Shown: positions 1-14,631, counted from the stretch's first letter. The stretch: 64,000 bases of DNA from the human T2T-CHM13v2.0 reference genome, Homo sapiens (GCF_009914755.1 NC_060930.1); one strand, 5' to 3'. Translations and numbers: made by a program. The notes: a model not told the origin generated them from the letters alone.

Positions 1-3000
1 TTGTACTGCATTTCCTCCTAATATGTCATTTGTGTCGTCTATGATTTTGTCTTATCTTCTAGTGTATTCCCCCATGTGTCCTATGGTTAAGTCCCAGGAT
101 ATCACATACATTCACATTTCTTGATCACAGTTATTTGCCAGTGCAGAAAAATGTTCTATACACATGCAGTCCAGCTGAATTATTATCTCCTTCTTGAAGT
201 CATTTTTATAGCCCCTAGTTGAAATGAATGATTAAATATTCCTCCCATAGTGCCCATTAAGCACTTTTTATAGCATATGGCATTTATGTTGTTCAGCTTT
301 GTAGTATAACAAATTGCTTCTATGTCTGTCTGACCACCCTTCTCCCAATCCTAAAAACTGCTTTAGGATAACTACATTGTTTCATTCCTTTTTGAATTAC
401 AACCAGCTTTGTTCCTCAAAAGGGTGATTCCTGAGATTGGCAGTTTTATACATCCATGCATACAAACACACACAATTTCAAGAGCACTTACATTTAGCAG
501 GTGTCCAGAATACGAAATGGTAGGCCATGAACTCTAGAGGGCTTGAAAAGCCTTCAAAGATCACCTCATCGGAAGAGGCTACCCATGATAAAGTATTTTA
601 AAGCAAGCAACCTCCCTTGATAATCTCATTGCTTATGAGAAAATAGTAGATATTAAATTATAGAAGACATGGGATATTTAAATATGCTTTAATGGTTTGT
701 GGCCTATTTATTATTATATAGAGTGTATACATAGCCATTCACTACCAATAAAAAGCATTTATTTTTCCATATATTTGAGGCAAATGAAAAGAAAATATAA
801 TCAACATATTCCAAATTATTTAAACTAATTTGCTATTCATTTATCAGTTCAAAAGCATTTACATAGTTTTGAGAACTTTTTTCTTTTAAATATTTTATTC
901 AGTTCTTGAAAGATTATTTTACATATATTGCCTAACAAAATATGTGCTTCTCACTAATTATATCTGTTAATTCTTTTGTTTTAGTTCACTATTAATTCCT
1001 ATCTTGGTCTCTTTATTTTTAATACAGATGCTATGTGTGTAACTTTAAGCCATTGCATTCCTTATTCTAGAAATTGCCCTTACATTCTCACATGGCCTGA
1101 TTTTATATAAAATTGAGGTCATGTATTCTTCATATCAAATTGGTTCTTTTTTAATGCAAGATATTTCAAATAAAAGTTTCCTTAATGTGAATGTTTCTTA
1201 AACTCAAATAAAACTTAAATATAGAATATTTCTTGTGTTAATGAAAATCTTTCCAATATGTAAAAATGAAATTTCTTTCAAAAACAAGAAAGAAACTAAG
1301 CCAATTGAGAGGTAAAAAAATGAAAACTATAGATGAAGAAAATGGATGTTAATAGCATAAATTATTTCATTGGCATTACCATATATTGTAAAATTTGACC
1401 TAACAAAATCTCATAGATTTTTATTCATTAAATAAAATAATATCTTAATTGTTTGAAGTTATTTTAGTTCAGTTTGGGTATGATACTATATTTTTGGTTT
1501 TATTCTGGCCAATGTACCCTTAACTTGGAAAATTACATTTAATTACATAATTTGCTAGTTTGACCTATTTCTTTTATATCTTAAAAGCATAAGCAGATAC
1601 AAGCAATTCAGTACTTCTGATCATTGTATAATTTACATTATGGTCAGCATTGCATAATGAAAATCACTTATTCGTTGCAAATGATGGTAGTTCCTTATGC
1701 AATCAAAGATGGAGGTAAACATTTAGAATGTGAATTATTTCTGAAAATGACAAACACATACACATACACACATACACACAACTCAAGGACATTTCTCCCC
1801 TAGGGGTGGTTGTCATATACTTCAGTAATGCAGATTAAATTTCTAGTAGCTAGTTGGATAGAGCTTTTCCTATCAGGGAAGCTAAAATTCATTAAAAACT
1901 AATTAGAAATGTATGGGAGGTTAATTTTCCATGTTAAGCCTTATGAAAGTGAGATAAGTAATTCATAAAGTATCAAAGGATTGCTCTGACCAGAACCAAA
2001 GAAAATGACATTACCAAGTATTGTTTCCTGATAAATCACAGAAGCTATGAAAACAAGACAAGGCAAAAACTCAGGTTCAACTCATCTTGCTTTTTGTCAG
2101 AGGAAAACAACAAACGTAATGTCTACACAATTCTATTAAATGGTGGTTCCTGGCAAAGAATCTGTGAAGTAGCAGCTGTCCACACAGGTGGACTGCCTCC
2201 ATTTTAGTATTCTAGCTAGAGAAAATCATGCCATTTGCCAGAATACATTTACCCTCAGCAAAACGTCACTGGGTATGAATTCTAGCTAGATTCAATGTCC
2301 AATTACTGAGCCCACCACAGGACACTATAATAGCAGCATGTCCAGTTCTCTGAATAAATTTGTCAGCTGCATTCAACATGCAATTTAGATATGTGGCATA
2401 TAGTGGAAACCAAAAGGAAATATTCAAATACTATAATTTTTCCTTTTGCTAAACTTATAATTTCTAAAATACATTGGTATCATTTTTAATGTTGTCTTCC
2501 AGTTAAATGGCTTGGGTTATTTCCATGCTGGAAAAATTAAGTTGATTCTGTTGACATCCTTTCCTGCTGCCTCCTCCAGCGGATGTTCTCACTCCTCCCT
2601 GGTGATCCTAAGAAACAGGACAGCTGCTGACGGTAGTAAACAGCAGTACAATTCCTGCAGTCCCAATTCGGATCACATACCCTGTTAAGGCAGGAACTCC
2701 CCACCTCCAAGTCTCCAGGTGAAGGGCAACAAGGAGAGAGGGAGAAATAATAGATAGTATGTAGACAGTGCCCTAAATATTTTCAAACAAGCACACTTGG
2801 ATTTACATATTTATATAAATGACCTAAACTTCTTTATTTGTCCCTTTCTTTTGACTCACCTAGGTTTTCAGTTGGTAACTCCTTGCAGGCAGTCTCAGGC
2901 GTGACTAGTTAATTCCATGGTGCTACTTTGAACCTAAATTAGGCTTCTACAGTTACTACATATTTCTTTGTATGTGTCAGTGTAGCACAGGTTGTGCTTT

Positions 3001-4599
3001 GGTGTCCTCTGCAGGCTTGTTCAGTGTCGATGTGGTGCTTGCTTGGTTGACTTCAGTGAGTGCACAGAGTATTATGCTGCTACGTTCCAAAATATGCAGG
3101 CGCCAGACATGTATTTTCTCTTTTATTATATAGGCTGTAGGTGATGTTACATAAACCTGTTTTCTCATGCCCCGTTTCTTTAGATTCTGCTTTTTTGTTG
3201 TTGTTGTTTCAAACTTGTTTGTCCTCTGATCAAGTCTAAGGTTTTTAAACAGGACAATGCAAATATGTTTTACTATTAGGTTTTCTACTCATCATTACAC
3301 TGTGTTCAAAAATGGTAATTGAAAATGGAAAATGGAAAATTGTTATGAGACCAATTAGATAATGTGCATGTCAAGTTCAAGTTTAACTGAGAAGTGTTGT
3401 ATGTGACCATTATATTGTCTAGTATTTTCTATAAGAATGGCAGATTTTTATTCATATCAATCATATAATGATTTAAACCATATTATTACATTTAAAATCT
3501 ACCTTAAGGTAAAATGAAAGTTTCGTGTAGTGAATATATACAAATATTCAGATATCAAAGAGATTTACAATGTCCCTGAATGGTAAAACTGAATAATTGT
3601 ACAAATATTGTTTCTTTCCAAGGTATTTTATAGTTTTAATGCAGTATTTTAAAGGTCATCTTTTTCCACTCTTTTCTCCACCATCTCATCTTCTGTCTTG
3701 TTCAATCCCTTCTCTTTTCCCCCTTCTTTTTCTCCCTAACTTTCTCTTCTTTTCTCCTCATTCTCTCTCTCAGTTTTCTGATCCCCTTTTTAAGAGCTTT
3801 GTAATCTGGAGTTAAATGAAAATGTTAACAGGTGAAAATAACTTATATATTTTGTTAAAATAAGTGAGTAACGATGAGCAATTTGATTGACTAAGAGCTA
3901 AATCTTACTGTGAACTCACAGTAATTAAATTAGCAATTTACAGATAAAGCATCAAAATAAGACAAAATAGACATAAGTCCAACCATGAATATATATATAT
4001 ATAGAGAGAGAGAGTGATAGAGGTGACCAAATAAATTAGTGAAACAAAGAATTGTTGAATAAATAGGACTAGTAAATTAATTATTTGAAAAGGTAAAAGA
4101 AAGTAAATTAAAACAATAAAATAAGTCATAAACATATTTGCTTAAATTATAAATGTCATACGATACTTAAGGTCAAGTAGCAAGGTCCTCATAAAAATAA
4201 CTGATAAGTGGAACCTAAATAAAATTGTCAAAAAATTAGACTCATAATCATAAAAAGTAAAATAAGAATTATAGTAATAACAATAGCACCTATCATTTGC
4301 TGAAATTCTACATTCTCTCAAAAAACCTGCTAAGTGAATTATTTATAATAGCACACGTAACCATCTATTAATCACATTACTCTGTAAACTTCAAGGGAGG
4401 GACATAGGGTTTAAAGATTTAAAGTAATTTATTAAACTCAGAGTCAGAATTTAAAACTTAGCCTGACTCCATACATTCATTTAAAACATTCCTTGTTTGT
4501 GGTCATTTAGGTTGTTTTAATTAATTAATACTATAACAACTAGTTGATCTTTCTGATACTCACAAACATACACATACATGTGTTCATTTAGGAGATAAA

Positions 4600-4891
4600 T
4601 TTTTCTTTTTTGAGATGGAGTCTGGCTCTGTCACCCAGGCTGGAGTGCAATGGCACGATCTTGGCTCATTGCAACCTCTGCCTCACAGGTCAAGCGATTC
4701 TCCTGCCTCAGCTTCTCGAGTACATGGGATTACAGGCGCCCACCATAATGCCTAGCTAATTTTTATATTTTTGTAGAGATGAGGTTTCACCATGTTGGCC
4801 AAGCTGGTCTTGAACTCCTGACCTCAGGTGATCCGCCCGCCTTGGCCTCCCAAAGTGCTGGGGTTACAGGCATCAGCCACTGTGCCTGGCC
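4600..4891 (-). mobile_element. AluS (Sx/Sz-like) SINE
   Basis: T-rich tail, then tgagatggagtct...gacctcaggtgatccgccc...tgtgcctggcc, a full dimeric Alu in reverse complement. Confidence 0.95.
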
Positions 4892-5099
4892 ACTTCTTTT
4901 AACTGTTATACTTTAATCATTGAAAAAGACATGCTACTCCTATTTTATTCATTTAATGTCACCTTGGTAGGCATTCATATTGCTTATTGATTTTTCCCCT
5001 ATTACAAATAAGTTAACATGAAATTTTAATATACCTATGTTTTGCTCATATTAAAGGCTGGTAGAATTACTGAATGATAAGGGATGCACATTTTAAATG

Positions 5100-5650
5100 T
5101 TAACTAGATGTTATCAGAAGTGATGGCGGGTATTTCTATCTTGTTTCTGAATTTAAAGGTAATGCATCTGAAGATTGACCATTAAGGATAATCACACTTT
5201 ATATTTTTTTGTTTTAGAAGAGTTGCTATTTTTCTTTACTTGAAGAAATTTTCTTTTTTTATGTAATATTTTTAGACATGAGGCCGGTGCGGTGGCGGTG
5301 GTGGTGGCTCACACCTGTAATCCCAGGACTTTGGGAGGCCGAGGCAGGCTGATTGCTTGAGCCCAGGAGCTCAAGGCCAGCCTGGGCAACATGGTGAAAC
5401 ACTGCCTCTACCAAAACTACAAAAATTAACCTGGTGTGTTGGAGTGTGTCTGTAGTCCCAGCTACTCAGGAGGCTGAGACAGGAGGATCACTTGAGCCTG
5501 AGAGCCAGAGGTTGCAGTGAGCTGAAATGCACCACTGCACTCCAGCCTGGGTGACAAGTTGGGACCCTGCCTCAAATACATACATAAATAAATAAAATTT
5601 TTAGACATGAAATAGGCATTGGACTTTATCAAATTTTTGTCCACAATTAC
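5100..5650 (-). mobile_element. Ancient L1M ORF2 fragment, interrupted by an Alu
   Basis: Degenerate match to antisense L1 RT-region sequence (tatcttgtttctgaatttaaaggtaatgc...ccattaaggataat; ttggactttatcaaat). Confidence 0.5.
5282..5596 (+). mobile_element. AluJ SINE
   Basis: Dimeric Alu with J-type gcttgagcccaggag; TSD atttttagacatga at 5268-5281 and 5597-5610; GGT expansion in the 5' end. Confidence 0.95.
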
Positions 5651-5654
5651 TCTC

Positions 5655-6165
5655 TCATGCGATCTCGACCATCAGTATTTAATGTTCTTGCCAAGATCTG
5701 GTTCTATTAAATGAGATTCCAGGACAAGTACAGACAGGAAATGCCAGAGTTTTGGAGAATATGAAGATACTGTTAGAAAAAAGAAATAAAGAATATGATG
5801 ATTGATACCATTGATACACAGGATACCAAACTGACCATGACTACTATAAAAAATGAAGATGAAAAGAATAAAGAAGTATGTATGATCTTCTCAAGGAAAT
5901 CAAAGGAACTTAGAACTGAAGCATCAAAATCCACTCAGCAAAAGACTGAAAGTGACCACTTTGGCTCAGGTGAACAGGAGATATCAGACTGCTCGAGCAG
6001 ACTCTGAAAGTGAGCATGAAGTTTGAAAACCAGAATCATAAATAAAGACCGGATTATCAAGAGGAACCACAAAAGCAGCACCAGTAAAAGAAAATATAAT
6101 AATACACCATGTCTCAATGAAGATGAGAGTTTCACAGGAAGTGTGAAGATAGAGATGGAAGCCTT
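5655..6165 (+). pseudogene. Possible decayed retrocopy fragment of an unidentified gene
   Basis: Purine-rich, codon-like sequence between L1M pieces; from 5791 the frame reads EYDD*YH*YTGYQTDHDYYKK*R*KE, with TGA stops explicable as CGA (Arg) CpG decay; parent not recognised; no poly(A) or TSD seen. Confidence 0.35.
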
Positions 6166-6239
6166 TTAAAATTGTCCTTTAAAATTATATTCTTTTTTAT
6201 TTAATAGTTATCCTCATGTCAAAAATTTCTCAAATAATT

Positions 6240-7038
6240 TAATTTTCATCAGGATTGTGATTAGATTTGAATTCATTGATTAACTTAAATCAATTAATAT
6301 CTTGAAATGTTTCAACATGGTGCGTGGCCTCGTTTATTTATGTCTTCTTTTATGTCCTTCAATGGAAATGATAGAAATGTGTAACTTCATTAACAAAGTG
6401 TTTCATATTTTGGTAAAGTTTATTTTGGAATATCTTAGGAAATGTTACTCTTTAATTTGCCTGCTAAAATTTTGATTTGGTAACTGCTGATATAATGTAA
6501 TGTTACTGAATTTAGCATGTTGGCCTTCAATCCAGCAACTTCTTGCCTCTTAATAATTCTCAGAGTTTGTCTATAGATTCTCAGGGTTCATGTGAAGACC
6601 ATAAATGTCTGTTTCCTGAATAATGTTTTAATTTTGAGTGTGCTTTATGACTTTTATGTTCTTTCTTTATTTTTACTATCTTTTTGCCCTCATTGGACCT
6701 CTTTATAATGTTGAATAGCAAAATCAATAGCAAATATTAATGTATTCAATTATGAAATGTTTATAAAATTATACCAATTATGGATGATGTTTATTTCAGG
6801 TCTGTCTGTTTTGTGAAGCAGAAAACAATGTTTAATTTTAAGGAAGTTACTTTCTACCCCTAATTTTTAAAATATTTTGTAGTCATGCATAGGCATTAAA
6901 GATCATCAAAGACATTTTATCCGCCTATTAACACCGATCGCATTTTCTGTTCTTTATGTGATGAAATTACATTGGTAGATTTTTCTAAATTTAGATCATC
7001 ATTGCAAAAACCTTTCTTGTCCTGTATATATTCTTATA

Positions 7039-7091
<53 letters not shown>

Positions 7092-7860
7092 GGAGCAGAG
7101 GGTTAATTATGCTTCTTAGTTCATAGTGTGCTATAATTATTGATCCCTGCAAGGGTCTTGTCTTATTATATTCATCTTTATTTATAAGTTTGAAAAGCTT
7201 ATAATTTTATTCCCATGTGATACTATGCCTAGTCCTAAGATCAAAGTTATACTAATATCATAAAATTGGACAGTTTTGCCTCTTTTCCTATAGTATGAAA
7301 TAGTGTGTATAAGATGAAGAATATCTATTTCATGAAATTATGAAAAATCCCTACAAAAGCTCCCGGACTAGGTAACTGTTTTTATTCTTGGTCAATTTTG
7401 GTAAGTTATGTATTTCTATATATTTACATGTGTCTGAAAAAAATGTTTTATTTATTCAGTTTTTTGAAATTTTTTGGTATACCTTAATAATAGCTTGTCT
7501 ATTCTAAAATCACAAATTTATATGCCATTATATTCATTTCACATTTTTCGTATCATGCGTGGATGTATTTAATTTTTATATGGTCTTGCCAGATTTCTTT
7601 TAGGTCTTTTCCAAAAAGCAGTAAATTATTTTGGTTGGCCACCTCAATTGTGGTTTTTGTTGATAATTTCTGTTTCATTTATTTATGTATTTCTCTTAAT
7701 TGTTACTTTTTCTTAAACTTCTTGTGTTAATTCTGTTTTTCTTTTTTAGCTTATTTCATTGAATGCTCAGATTATTTATTTTCAATGTTGCATGTTTTCT
7801 ACTAAATGATTTTTATTTTTTGGTTAAACATTTCACTGTAGGTACTATACTAGTTCCTTC
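6240..7860 (-). mobile_element. Ancient L1M/L1ME-type ORF2 fragment
   Basis: T-rich, colinear degenerate antisense L1 ORF2 motifs (ataatgttgaatag; gtgatgaaattacattggtagattttt; ttgaatgctcagattatttattttcaat). Confidence 0.6.
7041..7089. repeat. (CA)n microsatellite
   Basis: About 24 uninterrupted CA units. Confidence 0.98.
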
Positions 7861-8807
7861 ATACATAGTATGAACTTTTTCAAGGACCATACGTATATTG
7901 ACCACTGTTTTACAGAGGTTATGTCGGTTTATACACTCAATAGTTCTATTTATGAAAGTGAATGACTTTTACTACCACTTTATTTTTAGATCTTGAATTG
8001 CAGATCTTATGAACAATTTTAATTTAGTGGATAAAAATGGCATATTATTTTTGCTTTAATGTGATTGCTAAGACTTCCTAGATGAGGCTATTTTGAATAT
8101 AATTTTATATTTACTTGATTTATGTTTTCTTGATTGTTTTAATAAAACATTTCCTTAAAAACTATTGTAAACATGTATACTAAATGATTCCAATTAGTTG
8201 TAATCTTACAACTTTTTTACTTCTTGTCCCACTCTTCATGAGAATTTACTAGTCAAACTTGAATAAACTTCAAAAGCTATAGCCATGAAAAATCATCTTT
8301 ATAAAAAAGTTGCAGCTTATTTATGCTGCAAATATATAGTATCTGTATATGATTAAAAACACAACTAGTTATGTAGAGATTAAATCACAATGAAATTTGT
8401 TTATGAGACAATAATTCATTTGTAACATACTGGTTTTTCATCCATGGTTCTCAAAAAAAATTGTTATTACACTCTTTTTTGGAATTGCATATACATTTTG
8501 ACTAGTCATGGTCGTATTTTCTCATGTCAGATTAAGTAAATTTTCTCTATATTTTTTATATACTTTATAACTCCAGACTTCCATTAAAATAAGCGTTCTT
8601 TTAAAGTGCTTTCATTTTAACTCCTTAATTGTATATTTCTAGAGGTATAAATCATTTGTATAAGTATCTTTATATTATTGATATAGAAATAGAGTAGGCC
8701 AAATCAATTTTTTAAGTTTTGTGAATTAGAATGTTCTTCCAAAGCAGGAATCTGCAAGTTAAGAAATTCCAGGGATTAAGAGCTACACAATTTTTTCTTT
8801 TAAAATA

Positions 8808-11215
8808 ATACTGGCAAGCCGAATCCAGCAGCACATCAAAAAGCTTATCCACCATGATCAAGTCAGCTTTATCTCTGGGATGCAAGGCTGGTTCAACATA
8901 TGCAAATCATTAAACATAATCCGTAACATAAACAGAACCAATGACAAAAACTACATGATTATCTTATTAGATGGAGAAAATGTCTTTGATATAATTCAAC
9001 ACCCCTTCATGCTAAAAACTCTTAATAAACTAGGTATTGATGGAACGTATCTCAAAATAATAAGAGCTATTTATGACACACCCGTAGCCAATATCATATT
9101 GAATGGGCAAAAGCTGGAAGCATTCCCTTTGAAAACTGGCACAAGACAAAGATGCCATCTCTCACCACTCCTGTTCAACATAGTATTGGAAGTTCCGACC
9201 AGGGCAATCAGGCAAGAGAAAGAAATAAAGGGTCTTCAAATAGGAAGAGAGGAAGTCAAATTGTCTCTGTTTGCAATGACATGATTCTATGTTTGTAAAA
9301 CCCCATCGTCTCAGCCCCAAGTCTCCTTAAGCTGATAAGCAACTTCAGCAAAGTCTCAGGATACGAAATCAGTGTGCAAAAATCACAAGCATCCCTATAC
9401 ACCAATGTTAGATAAACAGAGAGCCAAATCATAAGTGAACTCCCATTCAAATTGCTAAAAAGAGAATAAAATGCCTAGGAATAAAACTTACAAGGGATGT
9501 GAAGGACCTCTTCAATAAGAACTACAAACCACTGCTCAAGGAAATAAGAGAAGACACAAACAAATGGAAAAAACATTCTATTCTCATGCATAGGAAGAAT
9601 CAATGTTGTGAAAGTGGCCATACTGCCCAAAGTAATTTATAGATTCAATGATATCCCCATCAAGCTACCACTGACTTTCTTCACAGGATTAGAAAAGTCT
9701 ACTTTAAATTTCATATGGAACCAGAAAAGAGCCCATATAGCCAAGACAATCCTAGACAAAAAGAACAAATCTGGAGGCATCACGCAACCTGACTTCAAAC
9801 TATACTATAAGACAACAGTAACCAAAACAGCATGGTACTGTTACCAAAACAGATATCTAGACCAAGGGAACAGAACAGAGGCCTCAGAAAAACACCACAC
9901 ACCTACAACCATCTGATCTTTGACAAACCTGACAAAAACAAACAATGGGGGAAAGGAATCCCTACTTAATAATTGGTGTTGGGATAACAGGCTAGCCATA
10001 TGCAGAAAACTGAAACTGGACCCCTTCCTTACACCTTACACAAAAATTAACTCAAGATGGATTAAAGATGTAAATGCAAGACCTAAAATCATAAAAACCC
10101 TAGAAGAAAACCTAGGCAATATCATTCAGGACATAGGCATGGGCAAAGGCTTCACGACTAAAACACCAAAAGCAATGGCAACAAAAGCCAAAATTGACAA
10201 ATGGGATCTAATTAAACTAAAGAGCTTCTGGACAGCAAAACAAACTATCATCAGGGTGAACAGGAAACCTACAGAATGGGAGAAAGTTTTTGCAATCTAT
10301 CCATCTGACAAAGGGCTAATGTCCAGAATCTACAAGGAACTTAAACAAATTTACAAGAAAAAAAAAAACTCATCAAAAAGTGGGCAAAGGATATGAACAG
10401 ACACTTCTCAAAAGAAGACATTTATGCAGCCAACAAACATACGAAAAAAAAGCTCATCAACACTGGTCATTAGAGAAATGCAAATCAAAGCCACAATGAG
10501 ATACCATCCCATGCCAGTTAGAATGGTGATCATTAAAAAGTCAGGAAACAAGAGATGCTGGAGAGGATGTGGAGAAATAGGAATGCTTTTACACTGTTGG
10601 TGGGAATGTAAATTAGTTTAACCATTGTGGAAGACAGTGTGGTGATTCCTCAAGGATCTAGAACCAGAAATACCATTTGAACCAGCAGTCCCATCACTGG
10701 GTATGCACCCAAAGGATGATAAATCATTCTACTATAAAGACATATGCACATGTGTGTTTATTGCAGCACTATTCACAATAGCAAAGAGTTGGAACCAACC
10801 CAAATGCCCATCAATGATAGACTGGATAAATAAAATATGGCACATATACACCATAGAATACTATGCAGCCATAAAAAAGATGAGTTCATGTCCTTTGTGG
10901 GGACATGGATGAAGCTGGAAACCATCATTCTCAGTAGACTAACACAGGAACAGAAAACCAAACACCGCTTGTTCTCACTCATAAGTCGGAGTTGAACAAT
11001 GAGAACACATGGACACAGGGAGGGGAACATTACACACTGGAGCCTGTTGGAGGTTGGGGGGTTAGGGGAGGGATAACATTAGGAGAAATACCTAATGTAG
11101 GTGATGGGTTGATGGGTGCAGCAAAGCACCATGCCACGTGTATACCTATGTAAGAAGTCTGCACCTTCTGCACACATATCCCAAAACTTAAAGTACACAC
11201 ACACAAAATAAATAA
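8808..11215 (+). mobile_element. 5'-truncated L1PA7/8-like LINE-1 (ORF2 RT/C-terminus and 3'UTR, frameshifted)
   Basis: ORFs 8880-10912 translate to ORF2p pieces (MQGWFNI..., KLYYK..., HCWWECKLV); 3'UTR aatgtaggtgatgggttgatgggtgcagcaa; inserted at a tttt/aaaa site with a possible short aaaataa TSD. Confidence 0.95.
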
Positions 11216-12892
11216 GTCTTTATTCTGATTAAAAATTTGAGATTCTTTAAGTTAAAAGTTTTAATCTTTTTTATTTCTTCCTAAACGAAGTTCTGAGAGA
11301 AAAATTGAAATTATTTTTATTAACTTTTTTCAAAAAATAATAGATATCAATCAGGTAAGAACTCATATCTAAACTCTATCTCCTCTTAGTCAAAATGGGA
11401 TAAGTTGAGGATTTAACACTGATGAATTTTCCAAATTGTTCATGACTTCCTGTTGAAATTAACTGAAGCTCAATTATTTAAAACATGGCATGGCATATTG
11501 TTATGCTTCCAATATTTTGAATTACTCTGGCTATCTTCATTTTCAACTGACAACCACTGTCTTTTATTATCTTAATAGAAAGAGAAAAAGAAATCTGTGT
11601 ACTTTGTTTTCTGGTGTTTTATACACAAACCTCAGTAATTGGATTCTGATACTCCATTCTCAGTTTTATCCCAGGGCTCTTATTGATTATTTGGCCAGTG
11701 AGATAGGCACTCTGGAAGGAATACATTAAGGGAACAACAACACAGTCTGATAAGTGGTTGCCAAAATCACTGGTGTTGCAATTTTGGTAATGTACATCTC
11801 TGTCTTGAGATATAAGGTTGGGAATATGCAGACCCTCTTCTCGTCACTTTGCACATTATTTGTTGCCTTTCTGCATCTCATTAGCATCTGAAACCTAATG
11901 TGTGCCAAAAACACAAAGGCAACTAAAACTTTTGATAGAACAATTGGGAGACATGTCTGTTTTTTGTTTGATCCACACTACTGACACCATATCCACCAGC
12001 AATCTAGATGAAATAATTAATTTTCTCTTCATTCAGAGATTCTGTTACTCAAATGGGTTGGTGATTATTTTCAAGGAATACTTATACTCTGTTCTTTCTA
12101 TCATTCAGACCTCTTCATTGTGTCCTAAAAGTAAGAGGTAAGGGTTTGTCCTCAGTTTTAAGAATATAGCATAGTATTATTTTTAGATCTTATTTTATTC
12201 TAACTAGAAGAGTAATTATAAATAAGAGGAAACTGAAATTCTAGAAAGTTGAGGTTTGAGGTGGGGCTAATGCTGGATCCCATAGATTGTGATCCCTGAG
12301 AATTGGCACAGATAGTGGCTTCATGAGGAGAATTGAGTCCCACAGTCAGACACACCTGACTGCACATCCTTAATCTTTTGTTTTGTGACATTAGGGAATT
12401 CCTCATTTATTCAGAAAATATTTATGAGTTCCTTATTAGGCACTAAAAGTTAGTATCTCTGAGCTGCCTCTTAGCATTATTATCAATTTGGAAAAGTGGT
12501 ATTGTGTAATGTGACTGGCACATGGCTGGCTGTTGGTAAATGCAATTTCTTTCTCTTAGTTCATGAATCCTATGTGAAGGTTCTCTCACCGAAATCAAAT
12601 GATGAGTGCATCCATTAGTGGCTCATATTGCATTATGTTAATATTTAATTTTAAATTTTTGCTATGTAAACTTTTATTTTCATTATGGAATGTTTCAAAT
12701 TCCATGACAAATTTGGGGACTACAAAAACAAAATTATTGAATGCACAGTGTTTTCTTCTTTTTTTTCATAAGAAGTTGAAAAGGGAACAATAATAAAAAT
12801 TGAAGACCCAATGTGTGCACATAATTAAAGTTGACTCACCATTTATCAAACATCTATAAAGTGTTACAGACCATGCTATGTGTGCTAGGGAA

Positions 12893-12945
12893 TATATACA
12901 CACACACACACACACACACATATATGTATACACACACATACATAT
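12893..12945. repeat. (CA)n/(TA)n compound microsatellite
   Basis: Direct inspection. Confidence 0.9.
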
Positions 12946-13029
12946 GTTTGCTCATATATAGAATTACCTTCTAATTGAAGAGATTTAAATGACATGTTAG
13001 CTGATCCCCTTTTAAAGACAATAGTCATA

Positions 13030-13980
13030 TTCATTCATTTAATGAATATTTATTACCTACTGTGAGTCATACACACATTGTTCTAAATACTGACAATACA
13101 GCAGTAATGAAACAAAGTCCCAGTGCTCAGTGAGATTACATTCTAAAAAGGAGAGAGAAATAGGAAGCAAGCAAACAAGCAAGTTAGCAATATCATGTAA
13201 TTTCAAATGTCATGAAGAAAAATATAGCAGCATTAAGGAGAAACAGAATGACATGTCCTGGGGGTGTTAGGTTAGATAGTGTGGGTAGGGAAGGGGTTTT
13301 CTGATCATCTTCTGTCTGACCTGCAAGGGGAAGGAAAGGTTGCAGAACAGAGAAAATATATAGAACTTGAGGGGAAATCGGTGGTTTTCCAGGTTCAATT
13401 GCAATCAGCCCGCACAGCATTTTGAGTGTTTGATAAGCAATGTGACCTTCTCTGGAAGTGGGAAGGCATTAACACCTCTACAGCTCTGCTTGTCACTTGC
13501 TTCTATTTATTAGAAGAGGACTACTTTGAGGAGAAGTTGTACTTTAACAATGGAATATTGCTTTACCAGCACTTAGTAGGAGGAATTGGAATGCAAAGAA
13601 CCTAAACCAGGTAATCAGTTAGGAAGCTATGGCAATATCCTAGGGAAAGAGTAGTGAGATTGAAATGGAGAAGACTGCTGTGAAGTATTGCAGATGCAAA
13701 ACTGAAAAGGCCTAGCAATTGATTGGGTGCACAAGGAAAGGTAGGTGATAGGGATAAAGAATGGGAGGGCTAGAGGTGAAACTTAGAACCTGGGTAAGTG
13801 AAGGGATGGTGAAGCCATTTAGGGAAATACAGAAGATGGATGGATAAGTAGATTTCAGAAATGGAGTCAGGTAATTTCAGATTTGAATTTTTGAGGTATT
13901 CATAGGACTCTGCTTGAGATGTTGTATGAGTCTCCTGAAACTGCGGATTGGGTTTTGGAAGGCTCTGTGAAATTCCAGTT
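13030..13980 (-). mobile_element. L2 fragment(s)
   Basis: cattcatttaatgaatatttatt...tactg...cagcagtaatgaaacaaagtcccagtgctc, the antisense L2 3' end, followed by purine-rich L2 body; boundaries approximate. Confidence 0.55.
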
Positions 13981-14243
13981 GCAGATTTGGAAGCAAATAT
14001 GTTCAGCTTTAAAAAAGCATCTGAGACTTATGCCTTAAAAAAGAACAAACTTGCCAGTAATGAAATACCATACCAGTAATCAATTCTGAGAAAAGTCTTA
14101 TTTTGCCAGTACTCTAATGAGAAAAGTCAAGACATTTGAAACAGATTCAAGCTAAAGTATCATAAACATCTCGACACAAATTACTAATATTAATTACAAA
14201 CACTACAGAAATAGCCTTTATACCTTGTAAAAACAAACAAACA

Positions 14244-14631
<388 letters not shown>

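Noticed and set aside
8880-10912. Multiple 65-158 aa ORFs as genes
   Set aside because: They are frameshifted pieces of L1 ORF2 in a truncated element.
12597-12640. atgatga C-box (also gtgatga near 49069) suggesting a C/D snoRNA
   Set aside because: No suitably placed CTGA D-box with a terminal stem.
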